Source: the human T2T-CHM13v2.0 reference genome, Homo sapiens
Assembly: GCF_009914755.1 (NCBI RefSeq)
Contig: NC_060940.1
Reading direction: 5' to 3' (one strand)
DNA: 64,000 nucleotides
This document shows positions 38,626 through 59,689 of this stretch, piece after piece. The notes beneath the pieces were generated by a model. The model saw only the letters and a program-made list of their open reading frames with translations, ran no database searches and was not told where the DNA came from. Positions within the stretch are counted from its first letter, which is position 1. The number at the start of each line of letters is the position of its first letter. Made by a program: the position numbers and the translations under genes.

Positions 38626-38996
38626 GCCCCCCCACCGCCCCACCCCCCGCCCACCCAGCGCCCGCGCTCCCCCCACCCCCCACCCCGCCACCCCCCTACC
38701 CCGCCACTCCCCCACCCCCCCCACCCCCCTACTCTCCCCACCCCCCACCCCCCTACTCTCCCCACCCCCCACCCCCCACCCCGCCACCCCCCACGGCGCC
38801 ACCCCCCAACCCCCACCCCCCTACTCTCCCCACCCCCCCACCCCCCTACTCTCCCCACCCCCCTACTCTCCCCACCCCCCCACCCCCCTACTCTCCCCAC
38901 CCCCCTACTCTCCCCACCCCCCTACCCTCCCCACCCCCCCACCCCCCTACCCTCCCCACCCCCCCCACCCCCCTACCCTCCCCACCCCCCTACCCC
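38626..38996. repeat. C-rich minisatellite (approx. CCCCCTACTCTCCCCACCCCCCA)n
   Basis: Read directly; many C4-C7 runs. Confidence 0.92.
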
Positions 38997-40378
38997 GAGG
39001 CTTAAAGGAAGCAAGCTATCTCTCCGACCGGAAAATCAAGACGCCTCCGCGGTTTCCGCCTTTTACTGCGGTTCTCCAGTAAAAAGACTGCGGAGGCGGA
39101 CAGGGTGTGGCCGCCATGGGACTCCGCCCCCGCTCTGGTGACTCCCATAGGTTAGAGATGGGGCACCGACATTGCCCACTCCAGCTTGCTAACTTCTACA
39201 CTGCTGTCCGCACCGGCCGTCTTGTTTTTAAAGACATCTTAATTGCCCTTCTCCTACTGTCTCGGTTTCCTTTCTCAATTTCAGCTTCCTACGGAGGCCG
39301 AACAGAGTTTTGTGTTTGTGCGTTGTATCCACACTCGGTTCGTTCCCCAGTGACGCACTGATCAGGGTTCGGACAACTTGTGGGCAGGGATGGCCTTATT
39401 TCTCGATGTAATACCAGCCTCCAGAAAGTTGACAAAAGTAAAAATATAAATGAATGCCTCTTCTTAAAGTTAATTATACCTGACTAATGGCTGACGATGG
39501 CTTAAAATATGTTACAAAGAAACGAGTATGAAAACTGTGTGGCACCAAGACATTCTAGAAAAATAAGGAATATCTGCCTTTTCAGATCAAAATTTACTAA
39601 AAAGCCTCCGTTAATCAAAGCATTATGGTTTGAATTATGAGGCAAAACAGATAACTGAGATGTCTTGAAGTAAAATATAAACCTGTGTGATTGTATTTTT
39701 TAAGAACTTTTTCTTGACTCTGTTAACAAACAAGAAATAGACTGGAAGATAATTGTAAAGATTAGCTACACAAAAGATTATACATTCCTAAGACAAAATG
39801 AACCCCTGCCAACTGACAAAAAGCAAAGGCAATGAGGAGCTCTTCCCGAGAGGAGGAAAACTAATTGGTCATTAACATTTAAAAAGATGCTTAACCACAC
39901 TACTAGTCAAGATTATCACTTTTAAAGGGAACCACATTTTTCACCTATCAAACAATGAAGGTGGAGAAATAGGCACTCCTTTCGCTGGTAGTGTGGTGTG
40001 TGAAGTCATCTTGTAATATATATTAAAATTAAAAGTACAAGTATGTACCCTTTGACCTTCACAATCTCATCTGTGAATCTGATGTCTACAAATTTCTTGT
40101 AGAATTCTTTGTAGTGACAAAAACTAGAAATGACATGCATGTTCATACGTAAGGAAAGGAGTAAATTGGTGCATTCATACTCTGGAAATTACCCAGCTAT
40201 GAAAAAGAATGGATTGGAACTATATGTACACCTGGAGGGATGGCCATAAAATATTACATGAAAAAGTTTCAGAGCTACATATATTATGCATAATTATATT
40301 TTTGGAACAAACAAAACACCTTGTGTATGTTTGTGTTGAGGGATACACAATAGATTATTAAAATGGTTACTCATGGGA

Positions 40379-42272
<1,894 letters not shown>

Positions 42273-42559
42273 GCTTTTTTTTTTTTTTTTTAACTGGAGG
42301 AATATACAATAACAAGAGTTAACAGTTGCTTTCTAGAAATGTTGGCCGGGGGGGAGGGAAAGAGAGTTAATATTGGTTGTCTCTAAGGAGTAGGATTAGA
42401 AGGAATTTGTCACTTTTTATGTTTTATAAATCCATACATTTTCAAATAACAAGTGTTCCTTTTGTAGTTGAAAAAAACAACTATTTGAAAGGTGAGTTAA
42501 TTTAGTATCTGATCACCTAGGAGTAAAACTAAGTGAAGAAAGAATTTCCTATTTAAAAG

Positions 42560-43575
<1,016 letters not shown>

Positions 43576-43671
43576 GAGCTCCATAAAATAACCACTAGGC
43601 AGAGAAATTTCATCAGACAGATTCAAATGTGTACTACCTAAAACATTTATGTTTTTGTTTTCCTTTTTTAA

Positions 43672-44061
<390 letters not shown>

Positions 44062-45102
44062 TGAAGCAAAAAGCAGAAATTCACATGGAAAAATTCACAG
44101 CCTCATTAACAGGTAATGAAATAAAACAGAAGTAAGGCCTCATTACATCCCTATTAAATCAGCAAAAAAATTTTAAATGGCAGTCATTGCTTTGGGCATG
44201 AAATATTTTAAAAATCTTTGCAAAGGATGGTATGGCAACCCGTAGGAAGCATTATCAGATATTTCACATTCAGGAACCATTTTAGGAATAACACAGGAGA
44301 AAAAAATATGTATATGGTGAGGTGGTGGAAAATATACACAAAGATATTCATGAAAAGCTTATAACAAGGGAGAATCGGGAATAAGACATGACCCACCGCA
44401 GGGAACAGCTAAGCCGTAGGTCATGTGAACTGTCCTGGGATGTGGATTACTCTTATAGAATAAAACTCGTGGAGGAAAGCCCAGCAAGTTTACCTGCTCT
44501 CATCATAGCCATGGAGTATCTGAGTCCAATCTACACTCTAGTAGTGAAGACAGAGGAGTTGGCATAGGAGTTTGGAATTTAATCTTCATTTGATTTTTTT
44601 CTTCTTACATCCACTTTTTGGAGACAGGGACTCACTCTGTTGCCCAGGCTGGATTGCCGTAGTGCAGTCTCAGTTCACTGCTGCAGCCTCGATCTCCTGC
44701 GCTCAAGCCATCCTCCCACCCCCATCCCTATGGCTAATTTTTGTATTTTTTGTAGAGACGGGTTTTCGCCACATTGCCCAGCTGGTCTCAATCCCTGGGC
44801 TCAGGCGATCCACCCGCCTTTGCCTCCCAAAATGCTGAGATTACAGATGTGAGTCACCATGCCCGGCCCCTTTACATCTCTTTAAATGAAGGACAAATGC
44901 ACGGGATGTGTGTGAAGTAGAACCTAATATTCCACAACCCGCAGATTTTCCCATACAAACCAAGACAGAATAATCTGACACTTGGAATACATGCCAAATG
45001 TTTTTCCATACAGTAGTCCCATCTGCTTCATGAAATGCACTCGGGAAATGGGATTCCACAGTGATTGAGTGACAAATGCAAATGACCAGATTTTCTAATT
45101 TT

Positions 45103-45108
45103 TTTATT
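45103..45108 (-). terminator. MEFV: Probable MEFV polyadenylation signal AATAAA
   Basis: TTTATT on +, about 1.1 kb past the stop codon and just beyond two 3'UTR Alus. Confidence 0.7.
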
Positions 45109-45139
45109 CATGAGGCCCAGTCAATTCTCTTAAGAATCA

Positions 45140-45812
<673 letters not shown>

Positions 45813-46200
45813 CTAGGCTTCCCATATCCTCAAGACAGAAGCAGAGAGAACAAGGGGACATATATCCTTGCCGTGGGGTTCTGAGGGAAAATGAGGGCCA
45901 AATCTTCTGTTCAGGAGCACCTGAGAGTGCCACTCACCAGGGGCGGATTATGCAATGACTCCGTACTTCCTCCTCTGAAATCCATGGTGTGTCATCAGTA
46001 CATGTCTTCACCCGGATTGACTAACATGTTCGTTCCTAACTTACCTCTGCTATAATCGGGTAGGCTCCGTGGGCACAGTAACTATTTTGTTATTTTTGCA
46101 TTTCCCATAGCAGCTAGCACCTAGTCGGCATTCCGTGACTATTGAGTGTGAATGCAAGATACAAGGCCAGAAGCAGGAAGAGAGATGCAGTGTTGGGCAT

Positions 46201-46754
46201 TCAGTCAGGCCCCTGACCACCCACTGGACAGATAGTCAGAGGAGCTGTGTTCTTCCCTCCATCACGTGTCCCAGGGCTGAAGATAGGTTGAAGGGGCCCA
46301 GAGAAAGAGCAGCTGGCGAATGTATAGATGTGGGATCTGGCTGTCACATTGTAAAAGGAGATGCTTCCAACTCTGTAGTCCACGAAGATGCCCACACGCT
46401 TGGGAGGCTCCTTTATTAGCAGGCGGGTCGGGGGAACGCTGGACGCCTGGTACTCATTTTCCTTCATCATTATCACCACCCAGTAGCCATTCTCTGGCGA
46501 CAGAGTCATGTTCCCTTTCCTGCTTATGGATGTCTTGCAGGCTCCCAGGATCCATGCTGTCTTGTCTCCAACCTCCACCTCCCAGTAACGGCGGCCAGAG
46601 AGGAAACTCGGAGAGCCCAGAACAATGATACAGCTGTCAAATCTTTGCGGGCCATCAGGCAGCCTCTCCCACTTGTTTCCAAGTCTAACACTCTTCAGAT
46701 CATCAGAGAAGATGAGGTTGGGGTAAGCGGTTTCTGCATCCAGAATCACATTAA
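46201..46754 (-). CDS. MEFV: MEFV exon 10 (B30.2/PRY-SPRY domain, stop codon)
   Basis: tgcag|TTAATG; LDAETAYPNL, YWEVEVGDK, ENGYW; 554 nt. Confidence 0.97.
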
Positions 46755-46919
46755 CTGCAAAGAAAATTTGAATACCTAGGTAGGGGTCCATGGGCAACAT
46801 CCCTACAGGGTTCTCCCCACCTGCAGGAAACAGGGACAGGGTAGTTCTTCTGGAACGTGGTAGGGGAGAGCACAGGGATCCAGCAGGCCAGGGCCACTTG
46901 CCTTGATCTGGGCACTTAC

Positions 46920-46952
46920 CAGCATGTGCCTGAGCGCCAATCAGCTCCGGAA
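46920..46952 (-). CDS. MEFV: MEFV exon 9 (33 nt)
   Basis: cgtag|TTCCGG...GCTG|gtaagt. Confidence 0.93.
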
Positions 46953-47313
46953 CTACGGAGAAAAATCAGATAGGGAAAAAAATCCTGAGCATTAGCATTA
47001 AGAGGGGCTAAATTACACTGTCCTGACAACAAGGAAAGACAAGGAACCCCCTGCTTAGGGCCCTGCATGCTATGTTGGGTATAATCCCGTTCCTCCCAGG
47101 AACCCAGGCCATGTTGGGGACTGTGGTCTAATGAGTCAACTCAGTCAATGAGTCACGCACAGAGCCTGGGGGGCCTGCCATGACCTTTCTCCTACCTTTG
47201 CTCCAGGTGTTTGGTTTTTTTTTTTGTCTTCTAAATAGGGCCCCTCAAGTCAACAGCACAAGGGAACACTGCAACAACCCCAGGCCAGCACACACCATTA
47301 CCGCTGGACTCAC

Positions 47314-47346
47314 CATTGAACATTTCCATTTCTGAACGCAGGGTTT
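47314..47346 (-). CDS. MEFV: MEFV exon 8 (33 nt)
   Basis: tttag|AAACCC...AATG|gtgagt. Confidence 0.93.
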
Positions 47347-47532
47347 CTAAAATGTGGGAAAGGGAGCAGAGAGAAGCTGGAGTTAGGTCCCTCAGCCAGG
47401 GACAGATGGAGGAGAGGTTGAAGGCAGGTCAGCAAGACCAGGGGAAGAGGAGGGAAGTGAGGGGCTCTGGGCTATGTGGATCTTAGGGAGGAAGTGAGCA
47501 TGCACCTCCAATCTTCTCCCAAGCCCATCTAC

Positions 47533-47648
47533 CTGAGAAGTACTTTGTGCTCTTCTCCACAAACTCTGACTTCTGGTGGAGGAGTTGGATCTTTTGTTTT
47601 ATCTCTTGAGGAGTGGTCCACTTTTCAGGGACAGGCACTGTCTTAGCC
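47533..47648 (-). CDS. MEFV: MEFV exon 7 (116 nt)
   Basis: tctag|GGCTAAG...TCAG|gtagat; AKTVPVPEKWTTPQ...KYFS. Confidence 0.94.
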
Positions 47649-48009
47649 CTAGAGACAAAAGACTGTTGACCAGAGAAGGCCGGAGCGAGGGGGTGGCCCA
47701 AGTACCCGTGAGCTGGAAATGAACTACATTCTCCACAGGGCACACCTAGCCCAGCCTGAGCTACACAAAGAAAAGTCTTCCCTGGATTCAGAGGTCTAAA
47801 TGCTGGTCCTCAACTTTGGCCACAGACTGTCATGTACTGGGGTGCTTTAAAGACATGGATATCAAAACCACAAGGAGTTTTCAGAATGGACTTAAAATGA
47901 CATTGATATTATCTACTAGAATTATCTATGTCAAATTGATTATACACCCCTTTCTTTCTATTGAAATAAAAAGATAATAAATGAAAAAAACACACACACA
48001 ACAAAATAT

Positions 48010-49130
<1,121 letters not shown>

Positions 49131-49584
49131 CGGGATTTTGTAAAGCTCCCAGGTGATTTTAAGGCTTAGCCTCTTCCTGTCCCTTCCCTCCCCTCCCCTT
49201 CCTGCTGGGCTTAGCCCAGCTCCACTCCAAACAAGCTTCCCAAGGCCACCAGTAGGCCTGAAGGGGCAGCTTTCATCAGATGAACTGCACGGGACACAAT
49301 GCACTCGGAAGGTTTCTTAGGGAGCCTCCATCTTGTTTCAGCAGGATGGGCTGAATTCACCCTTCCCAGTCTGCAGCTCCATACCCGGCCAGCCTCCCCG
49401 CTGACCAGATGCCCTTCTCCCTATCAAATCCAGAGAGGCTTTGGGAAGCTGCAGAAAAAAGGAGGAGTCTGGAATCACAGACCCCGGGGTTGGGAACATC
49501 TCCCTCCCAGGTCCCTTCTGGGACTGTCTCCCCCATATGCTTTCTGCAAGACACCCCAGGGTACACCACAGGACCTCGCTGTAC

Positions 49585-49607
49585 CTGTGCAAGATGTCTC
49601 CAATGTC
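49585..49607 (-). CDS. MEFV: MEFV exon 6 (23 nt)
   Basis: cctag|GACATTGGAGACATCTTGCACAG|gtacag. Confidence 0.93.
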
Positions 49608-50075
49608 CTAGGAGAAAAAAGAAGGAAACTGTCGGTTACCAGGCTCCTAGTGGCTGGGCTGACTCCTGGCCTCTACTTCTGGGCTCCTGGACTTTTAGCT
49701 CCCCGCTGCACTTACCAGGGCTCCCTGCCCTAGGGTGTCAGTGGAAGTGGAGCACCTTTCTTCAAGTCTAATTCTAACCACGGGAATTCAGGCATCCCAG
49801 GTGGCGAGGCCTGCAATGGAACGGCCCTCAAGCCCTGCTGATCCCTTCTGGGAAATGGCAGAGATCCCCTGGATACCAGGCCACCCTGGGCTCCTGAGAG
49901 ACCTCATCAAAGGGGTCTGGGCACAAGAGGCACTGTGGGTCACCAAGACCAAGTCCTATCCTAGGCCTTAGGGGCTTCACCCACTTGTTCCAGCACGGCT
50001 GATGGCAGAGCTGGGAGCCTGAGGCATCCTGATAGGCACAGGGGACCCAAGAAAGCCGGGCCCAGGCACACCCAC

Positions 50076-50306
50076 CTGCAGAAGTTCCCATTCTGACTGG
50101 CACTCCTTGGCCTCCAGTTCCCCAATCAGCGCGTCGAGCAGGGCGATGTCCTGGGATACGCGGGTGTCATATGCCTTCCTGATCTGCCCAACCATCTGGC
50201 CCACGTCCTCCAGTGAGGCCACAAAGAAATGCTCCTGCTGTTCCAGGAAGTAGTACACCTGCTCCAGCTTCCTCTGCACCCGCTGCTTCAGCGCTTCAGT
50301 TTGTTT
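50076..50306 (-). CDS. MEFV: MEFV exon 5 (231 nt, coiled coil)
   Basis: cccag|AAACAA...CTGCAG|gtgggt. Confidence 0.95.
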
Positions 50307-50524
50307 CTGGGGAGCAGAGGACAGGGAGGTATGGGGGTCTGTGCTGTGGGTGGACGTGGATGTCCAGGAACCCCCAGAAGCCCACCTCCTGGAGGTGGAT
50401 AAGAGGTGGGCTTATGCTGCCTCTTCAAGGCCTAGATTCCAGAGCAGGAGGCGATATTGTCTGGAACCTTCCAGAAAAGACTGAGCATGGCTGGGGCTAG
50501 CTCTGGGAAAATGTCCTTAAACCT

Positions 50525-51678
<1,154 letters not shown>

Positions 51679-51964
51679 TCAATCCCATCTTTCTGCAATA
51701 GTCACCGGCATAGGTTGCTCTCTACCATCTTCTGGTGAGTATGAGAAAGCATGACAGGATCCTCAGAGGTGACCCCTGCCTGCTGGGGGTGGTCTCCCTC
51801 TACAGGGATGAGCTTACCCTTGGCTGCTGGTTACCCTCTGTCCCCTGAGAGGAGGTGGCCATCCCTGCTGCCCTGTGAACCACAGCAGAATCTCGGGGAC
51901 CCCTGCTCACTCTTCCCACCCTCCTCCCAGGGACGGATGGGCCATCAGCCACCTCTGACCTTAC

Positions 51965-52060
51965 CAGAAAGCTCACTGCCTTCTCCTCCCCATAGGATCG
52001 CTGCTCCTCCCCTGATTTTCTCAGCTTCTTCAGATGCTCCAGCTGCTTCTGAATTTTCTT
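51965..52060 (-). CDS. MEFV: MEFV exon 4 (96 nt)
   Basis: tccag|AAGAAA...TTTCTG|gtaagg; KKIQKQLEHL...AVSFL. Confidence 0.95.
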
Positions 52061-52486
52061 CTGGAAAAACAGCACTTGTTGAAAAGCTTGAATTTGGCTC
52101 CTGCCATCTTTAGCTGGTGCCAACTCTGGAGGGGAACATCTCCTTCTGGTAGCAAGGCTGAGGGTGCTGCTGCCAGCGGCATGGGGAGGGGTGCTCAGGA
52201 AAGAGGAGGGAGGAATGGCTGAATTGCCAAAGGCAGCAGAGCTGAGAGGCACTTCCTCTGAGCCTCTGGATTCAGCCATACCTGAAGCCAGCTCCCCCTG
52301 GATCTCTGAGCAACATAAACCTGTAGCTCCCCTCTTTGCTGGACTGGTTTATATTGTGTTCTTGCCATTTCCAGCCCAAGAATGCTGGTTAATGCACCAA
52401 CAACCCAGAGTTGTTGGGAAAATGAAGTAAGGCCCAGTGTGTCCAAGTGCCTGGCAGAGAAGAGCCCACAGGCAGGGAGTGCCTAC

Positions 52487-52836
52487 CTTGTGTTCCAGGG
52501 CGACCTCCTCAATGGGGCGCACCCGGTGGCCTTGGTGCTCCTGACTCAGACTGCAGATGAGGCAGATGGGCTCATCGTGATCCTCACAGAAGAGCAGCTG
52601 GACCTGCTTCAGGTGGCGCTTACACTGTGGCAGGGGCTGGGGGCTTAGGCTTCCCGGGCTCTTCCTTTCATGGGAGTCCTGGCACCGGGGGCAGCCAGGT
52701 GAGCGGCTGCCTGAGGCCTGGGGGTGCCCAGAAACTGCCTCGGGGAAGCTGCAGGAATCACGCACACAGGTACCGTCAACTGGGTCTCCTTCCTGGGCGT
52801 GGCAACGGGGACTCGCAGCCGTGTCTGGTGGCCTTC
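52487..52836 (-). CDS. MEFV: MEFV exon 3 (350 nt, B-box zinc finger)
   Basis: cccag|GAAGGC...CACAAG|gtaggc; CKRH...FCEDHDEPICLICSLSQEHQGH. Confidence 0.96.
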
Positions 52837-53357
52837 CTGGGGACATGCAGTGGAAAAACCCCCTGAATGGCAAACCCAAGTTGCTTACACAGAGGTATCA
52901 CAAAGCACAGCGGACACAGCCCTTGCCTGAGATGTGCGAGTTCTCAGTTAGACTCTGCCCACTTCCTAGCTTGTCCTCCCCCGACTTCCATCCAGTGAGG
53001 AAGCAAACAGGCCACTGGGCCTGAGAGCTAAGGGCCAGACCTCAGACATTCCTGAGCCTTGGAATTCTTGGGCATTTATCCTAAAGAAAGACCCATGGCC
53101 TTGTGCTGTTCCTCCTGCACAGACATAGATCTAGCAGGTGATGCCAAGGAAAGAGACATTCTGACCAGTGTTCCTTTGCCACTTGAACCCATCCCTGGCT
53201 GCCCATAACGTGAGTGGAGGCTTCCAGGGGATGGTGACTTGTGTACCTCGCTCCTAGCTGGATCCCAGCCCCTAGCAGAGTACCTGGCAAATGCAAGCAT
53301 TTGGAAAATGAGTATTGAATGAAGGAATAAATAGACCACTGCTCACATATGAGTTCA

Positions 53358-53507
<150 letters not shown>

Positions 53508-53862
53508 TTAAAAAATTAGCCAGGTGTGGTGGTGCACACCTCTAATCCCAGCTACTTGGGAGGCTGAGACAGGAGGATTGCTTGAACCTAGGAGGTTGAT
53601 GCTGCACCACTGCACTCCAGCCTGGGCAACAGAGTAAGATGCCATCTTAAAAGAAAAAGCAAAGAAGGGGGGCATTATAGGGCTAAAGACTGGAACTCAT
53701 CATGAAGACCTAACAGTTATGAATAGCTCTACTCCAAGACTCTAATTGCAACTTCATAAGCAGACATGCCACGAGATACAAGAAGAAATAGAAACACAAG
53801 GCCGAGCGCAGTGGCTCACGCCTGTAATCCCAGCACTTTGGGAGGCCGAGGCGGGTGGGTCA

Positions 53863-54655
<793 letters not shown>

Positions 54656-55462
54656 CCTCAGCAGTAGATAGTTAGGACTTTAGCCAATAGGCTTTTCTTT
54701 CTGCTGAGAGAAAGGCAAATGGTAGAATCTCAACCCCATGATGATGCATTGCTGTGAGGTTATTGTGAGAGGGAGTATTTTTAACCAGTCTTCCCCAGAT
54801 TTTCTACCTGGTGTCCATAAACCCCTTGGATTCTAAAGATGGTCTTCAGAGTGTCCAAGAACTACCTGAAATTTGATGTGACATTTGTGAAGCTGTGCAT
54901 ATATGCATTTTTCAGGGTCTAAGCCTGCATCAGATTAACGAAGCGGCCCTAGAAGACACCCAGGAATCCCAATGATATAAATACAGTGGGGACCTGGTGC
55001 AGTGGTGCACACCTGTAATCCCAGCAGTTTCGGAGGCAAAGATGGGAGGATTGTTTGAGATCAGGAGTTCGAGACCAACCTGGGCAACATAGCAAGACCC
55101 CATATCTAAAAAAAAAAAAAAATTAAAAAAAATACAGTAGGGATAAAAGAAAATTAGGGGGGAAATACTTCAGTACTTTTCAGGTCACTATTCCTAAGGA
55201 TGCTAGGTTTTCCAGATCCCAGGGTCCTTTCTCACTGGAAGACCCAGGGACTTCTGGATTTGAAGACTCATGCAGCATACCACATCCTTTCCCCTCCCAG
55301 GTCTCAGGGGTCCCTGGACTCCCAATTCTTTTTTTTTTTTTTTTTTGAGACAGAGTTTTGCTCTTGTCGCCCAGGCTAGAGTGCAGTGGCATGATCTTGG
55401 CTCACTGCAACCTCTGCCTCCTCGGTTCAAGCAATTCTCCTGCCTCGAAGCCTTCTGAGTAG

Positions 55463-55735
<273 letters not shown>

Positions 55736-57044
55736 TGAAATCCTAGCACTTTTAGAGGCTAAGGCGGGGGATCGCTTGAGCCCAAGAGTTCAAAACCAGC
55801 CTGGGCAACATAGACAGTCCTCGTAACTACAAAAAATACAAAAAAAAAAAAAAAAATTAACCAGGTGTGGTGGTGAGCACCTATAGTCTCAGCTACTTGG
55901 AAGGCTGAGGTGGGAGGATCGCTTGAGCCTAGGAGGTTGAGGCTGCAGTAAACTGTGCTCACACTACTGCACTCCAGCATGGGAGACAGACTGAGACTCT
56001 GTCTCAAAAAAAAAAAAAAAAAAAAAAAAGGAAAGTGTGTTTCTGAATGCTGCCCCCACCACGAGCATGGAATTGTCACCTGGATAGCCTCGGTACCCTC
56101 TAAACTGGTGGCATTTTTCTTTTACAGTTTTTTTTTAGTCTCTTTACCTATAGGGACAGCTGCTTAAAAAAATCCAGATGGCCTGGAGCCTCCTGATCCC
56201 TTGCCAAAAACCAGAGGAAGTTAAGATCAGAGCAAAACCAGTGCAAACTGGAAGAGGTGACTTCCAGTTACCTTAAGATCATTTACACATTGTTATAAGG
56301 CTAAAGGTCCCTCCCCTAAAAGAAGATGGCCAGGGTTTTGTGTCCATGCGATGTAGGAAGAAGCATGCTGGGGACAGCGCCTGCACATATGGAACCCTGC
56401 CCTGGGCCTGCTTACCTATCTCCCTTCCCCTCCCTGGACTCTAAAATCGCCCTGCCTCCCATCCCTGGCAAGCAGACGCCTGCAGAGGTGAGCTCCCCTT
56501 CTCCATTCTTTGGCCACTGATAACACCTGATTGCCTTTTTCAATCGGACATTCTTTCTTTCTTTTTTTTTCCCCCCAAAATGTTTAAGAGACAGGGTCTT
56601 GCTCTGTTGCCCAGGCCGGAGTGCAGTGGCACATCCTCAGCTCACTGCAGCCTGGAACTCCCTGGCTCAAGCAATCCTCCTGCCTCAGCTTCCTGAGTGG
56701 CTAGAATTACAGGCGTGTGCCACCATACCCAGCTAATTTTTTTTTTAGTTTTGTAGAAGTGGAGTCTGGCTACGTTGCTCAGGCTGGTGTGCAGTGGCAT
56801 GATCTCAGCTCACTGTAGCCTGGAACTCCGTCTGCTCAAGTGAACCCGAGCAGCTGGGACTACAGGCGCGTGCCACTATTGTATTTTGTAGAGATGGGGT
56901 CTCACTGTGTTGCCTAGGCTAGTATGGAACTCCTGGGGTCAAGAGATCCTCCCGTGCAGGCCTCTCAAAGCTCTGGGATTACAGGCGAGAGCTACCACGC
57001 CCTGCCCAACCTTTGGGTTTTTATTTTTTTAATTTCGTTTATAG

Positions 57045-57188
<144 letters not shown>

Positions 57189-57213
57189 TAAAGTAGGAAA
57201 GAACACAATTTAC

Positions 57214-57846
57214 CGGTGACCGAATGTTCTGGATTTCCAGGGCCTTCCTTCAGGTCCGCAGATGCCCCTCCATCCGGAGTGGGCCTTGCCCGGGGTTCTG
57301 TTGCCGAGTCCAGATTCGCAGCTGTCTTTTCCTCTAGAGTCAGGAGAATTTCTGGATTTGCGGGCGCCTTCTCCCCTGTAGAAATGGTGACCTCAAGGCT
57401 TCTAGGTCGCATCTTTCCCGAGGGCAGGTACACTTCGAAGGGCCTGCACTCCTTCTGCCCCGGGGCGCCCCCCGCCAGCCCCTGCAGCCTCCCCGCGGAG
57501 CTGGCGTTTCTGCGCAGCCGGACCTCGGCCTGGCCCCCCTCTAGCGCCCTGCAGGGGCCGGGGCTTCTCCCGCCCGGCAGGGCCGGGCTCCGGGTCCGAG
57601 GCTTGCCCTGCGCGTCCAGGCCCTCCGAGGCCTTCTCTCTGCGTTTGCTCAGGGGCTTCCTCGACAGCCCCCTCCCGGCCTCGGGCTGGCTGCACCGCAG
57701 GCTGGCAGCTCCGCCCCCGTACGGCCGAGGGCCGTTCCCCTCGTTCCCCTCGGGGTGGTCTGGAGTCTTCAGGCTCCTGGGCTTGTTCTCCCCCAGGGAG
57801 CTGGACGCTGCGGAATCATCTGTGCCGTTTTCTTGTGTGGAATATT
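57214..57846 (-). CDS. MEFV: MEFV exon 2 (633 nt, GC/CpG-rich linker with the S208 and S242 14-3-3 phospho-motifs)
   Basis: tccag|AATATT...CACCG|gtaaat; RRNAS and RPRS motifs; phase 1-1 symmetric exon. Confidence 0.96.
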
Positions 57847-57945
57847 CTGGAAGGACAACCAGATGCAAAATGATGAAGCTGTCCCACGTTTAGGGCCCAA
57901 GATTCAGGGCAGAGGAGAGAGAATCCCCTTGGATATTAAAGTTTA

Positions 57946-58413
<468 letters not shown>

Positions 58414-59366
58414 TCAATTACCATTCAGTAAGAACATGCTTGATGTTGCTATGTATTTCTCTCTCTCTTATTTTATTTTTTGAGACAGGATCTTGCTCTG
58501 TTGCCCTGATGTGATCTCAGCTCACTGCAACCTCTGCCTCCCAGGCTCAAGCAATCCTCTCACCTCAGCCTGTTTTCTGTTTTTTCAATAGCTGAAAATA
58601 CAGGTGTGTGCTACCACGCCTGGCTCATTTTTTTGTATTTTTGGTAGAGACAGGGTTTCACCATGTTGCCCAAGCTGGTCTCAAACTCCTGAGCTCTAGC
58701 AATCCACCCACCTTAGCCTCCCAAAGTGCTGAGATTATTTATAAGTGTGAGCCACCATGCCTAGCCTATATTTCTCAAATAGTACTTTTCAAACGTTTTA
58801 AGCAGGACAACTGTTTCAAATAAGATCTTACACAGGTCAGCAAAACCCAGATTATACGCTTTAAAAATAAAAATAAGCCGGGCACGGTGGCCTATGTCTG
58901 AAATCCCAGCACTTTGGGAGGCTGAGGCGGGAGGATCACTTGAGGTCAGGAGTTCGAGACCAGCCTGGCCAACATGGTGAACAGCACTGAGAAGATTCTA
59001 TACCAACCCCGTTCATATGATTGCATAGCAATCCCTTTTTGCTAACCTAGAGATGTTTGTCTGACATGAGTATTAATCATAAATGTAGTGAAGAAGTCTC
59101 AAAGAACAGGTGTTCCAGCTCCTGCCTTTCGTGACCCTGACCTGCTTCTTAAAAAACCCATTAGGAGCCTGAAGGAAGTTTACTAACCCAGTTCCAAAGG
59201 CCAGAGTGAAGAAAGGGACGTTCCTGAACTAAAGTCATCTGGATTTTGGTAGACCTGAGACTCCCAATCCCCAGGTCAGAGTGAGCTGCTCTGAGCTCCT
59301 GGTCCCCTTTCCCACAAAGCAGCCAGCACTCAGCACTGGATGAGGAGGAGGCCTGGGCCCGCTTAC

Positions 59367-59643
59367 CCTGAATGGCTGCCCTGTGGAGCTCCTCGGCCAG
59401 CAGGCGCTGGTTGATGGCCCGCAGGACCTGCAGGGTGAGCTGCACGGCGTACTCTTCCCCATAGTAGGTGACCAGCAGAGTGGCCATCTTCACCGGCCTG
59501 GCTCTCTGGATCTGGCTCCGGGGGATCCTGGAGTGCTCCTTCTGCACACTGGTGTTCTGCAGCTTGAACTTGAACTTCTCGAAGTCATAGGGCACCAGCT
59601 CCTCCAGGGTGGACAGCAGATGGTCACTAGGGGTCTTAGCCAT
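59367..59643 (-). CDS. MEFV: MEFV exon 1 coding part (PYRIN domain)
   Basis: ATG 59643, MAKTPSDHLLSTLEELVPYDFEKFKFKL...; donor CAGG|gtaagc; the ten exons total 2346 nt = 781 aa plus stop. Confidence 0.97.
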
Positions 59644-59689
59644 GGTGCTGAGCAGGAGAGGCTCGAGCCAGCTGTCTGGCTTCTGGTAG

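Noticed and set aside
38256-39141. Proline-rich ORFs of 164-249 aa
   Set aside because: Artefacts of the C-rich VNTR and CpG island
46920-47346. MEFV exons 8 and 9 as a recent exon duplication
   Set aside because: Same length and phase but no visible sequence similarity
57216-57893. 225-aa antisense ORF over MEFV exon 2, and the 215-aa ORF at 59383-60030
   Set aside because: Shadow ORFs expected opposite GC-rich coding exons; no independent coding evidence
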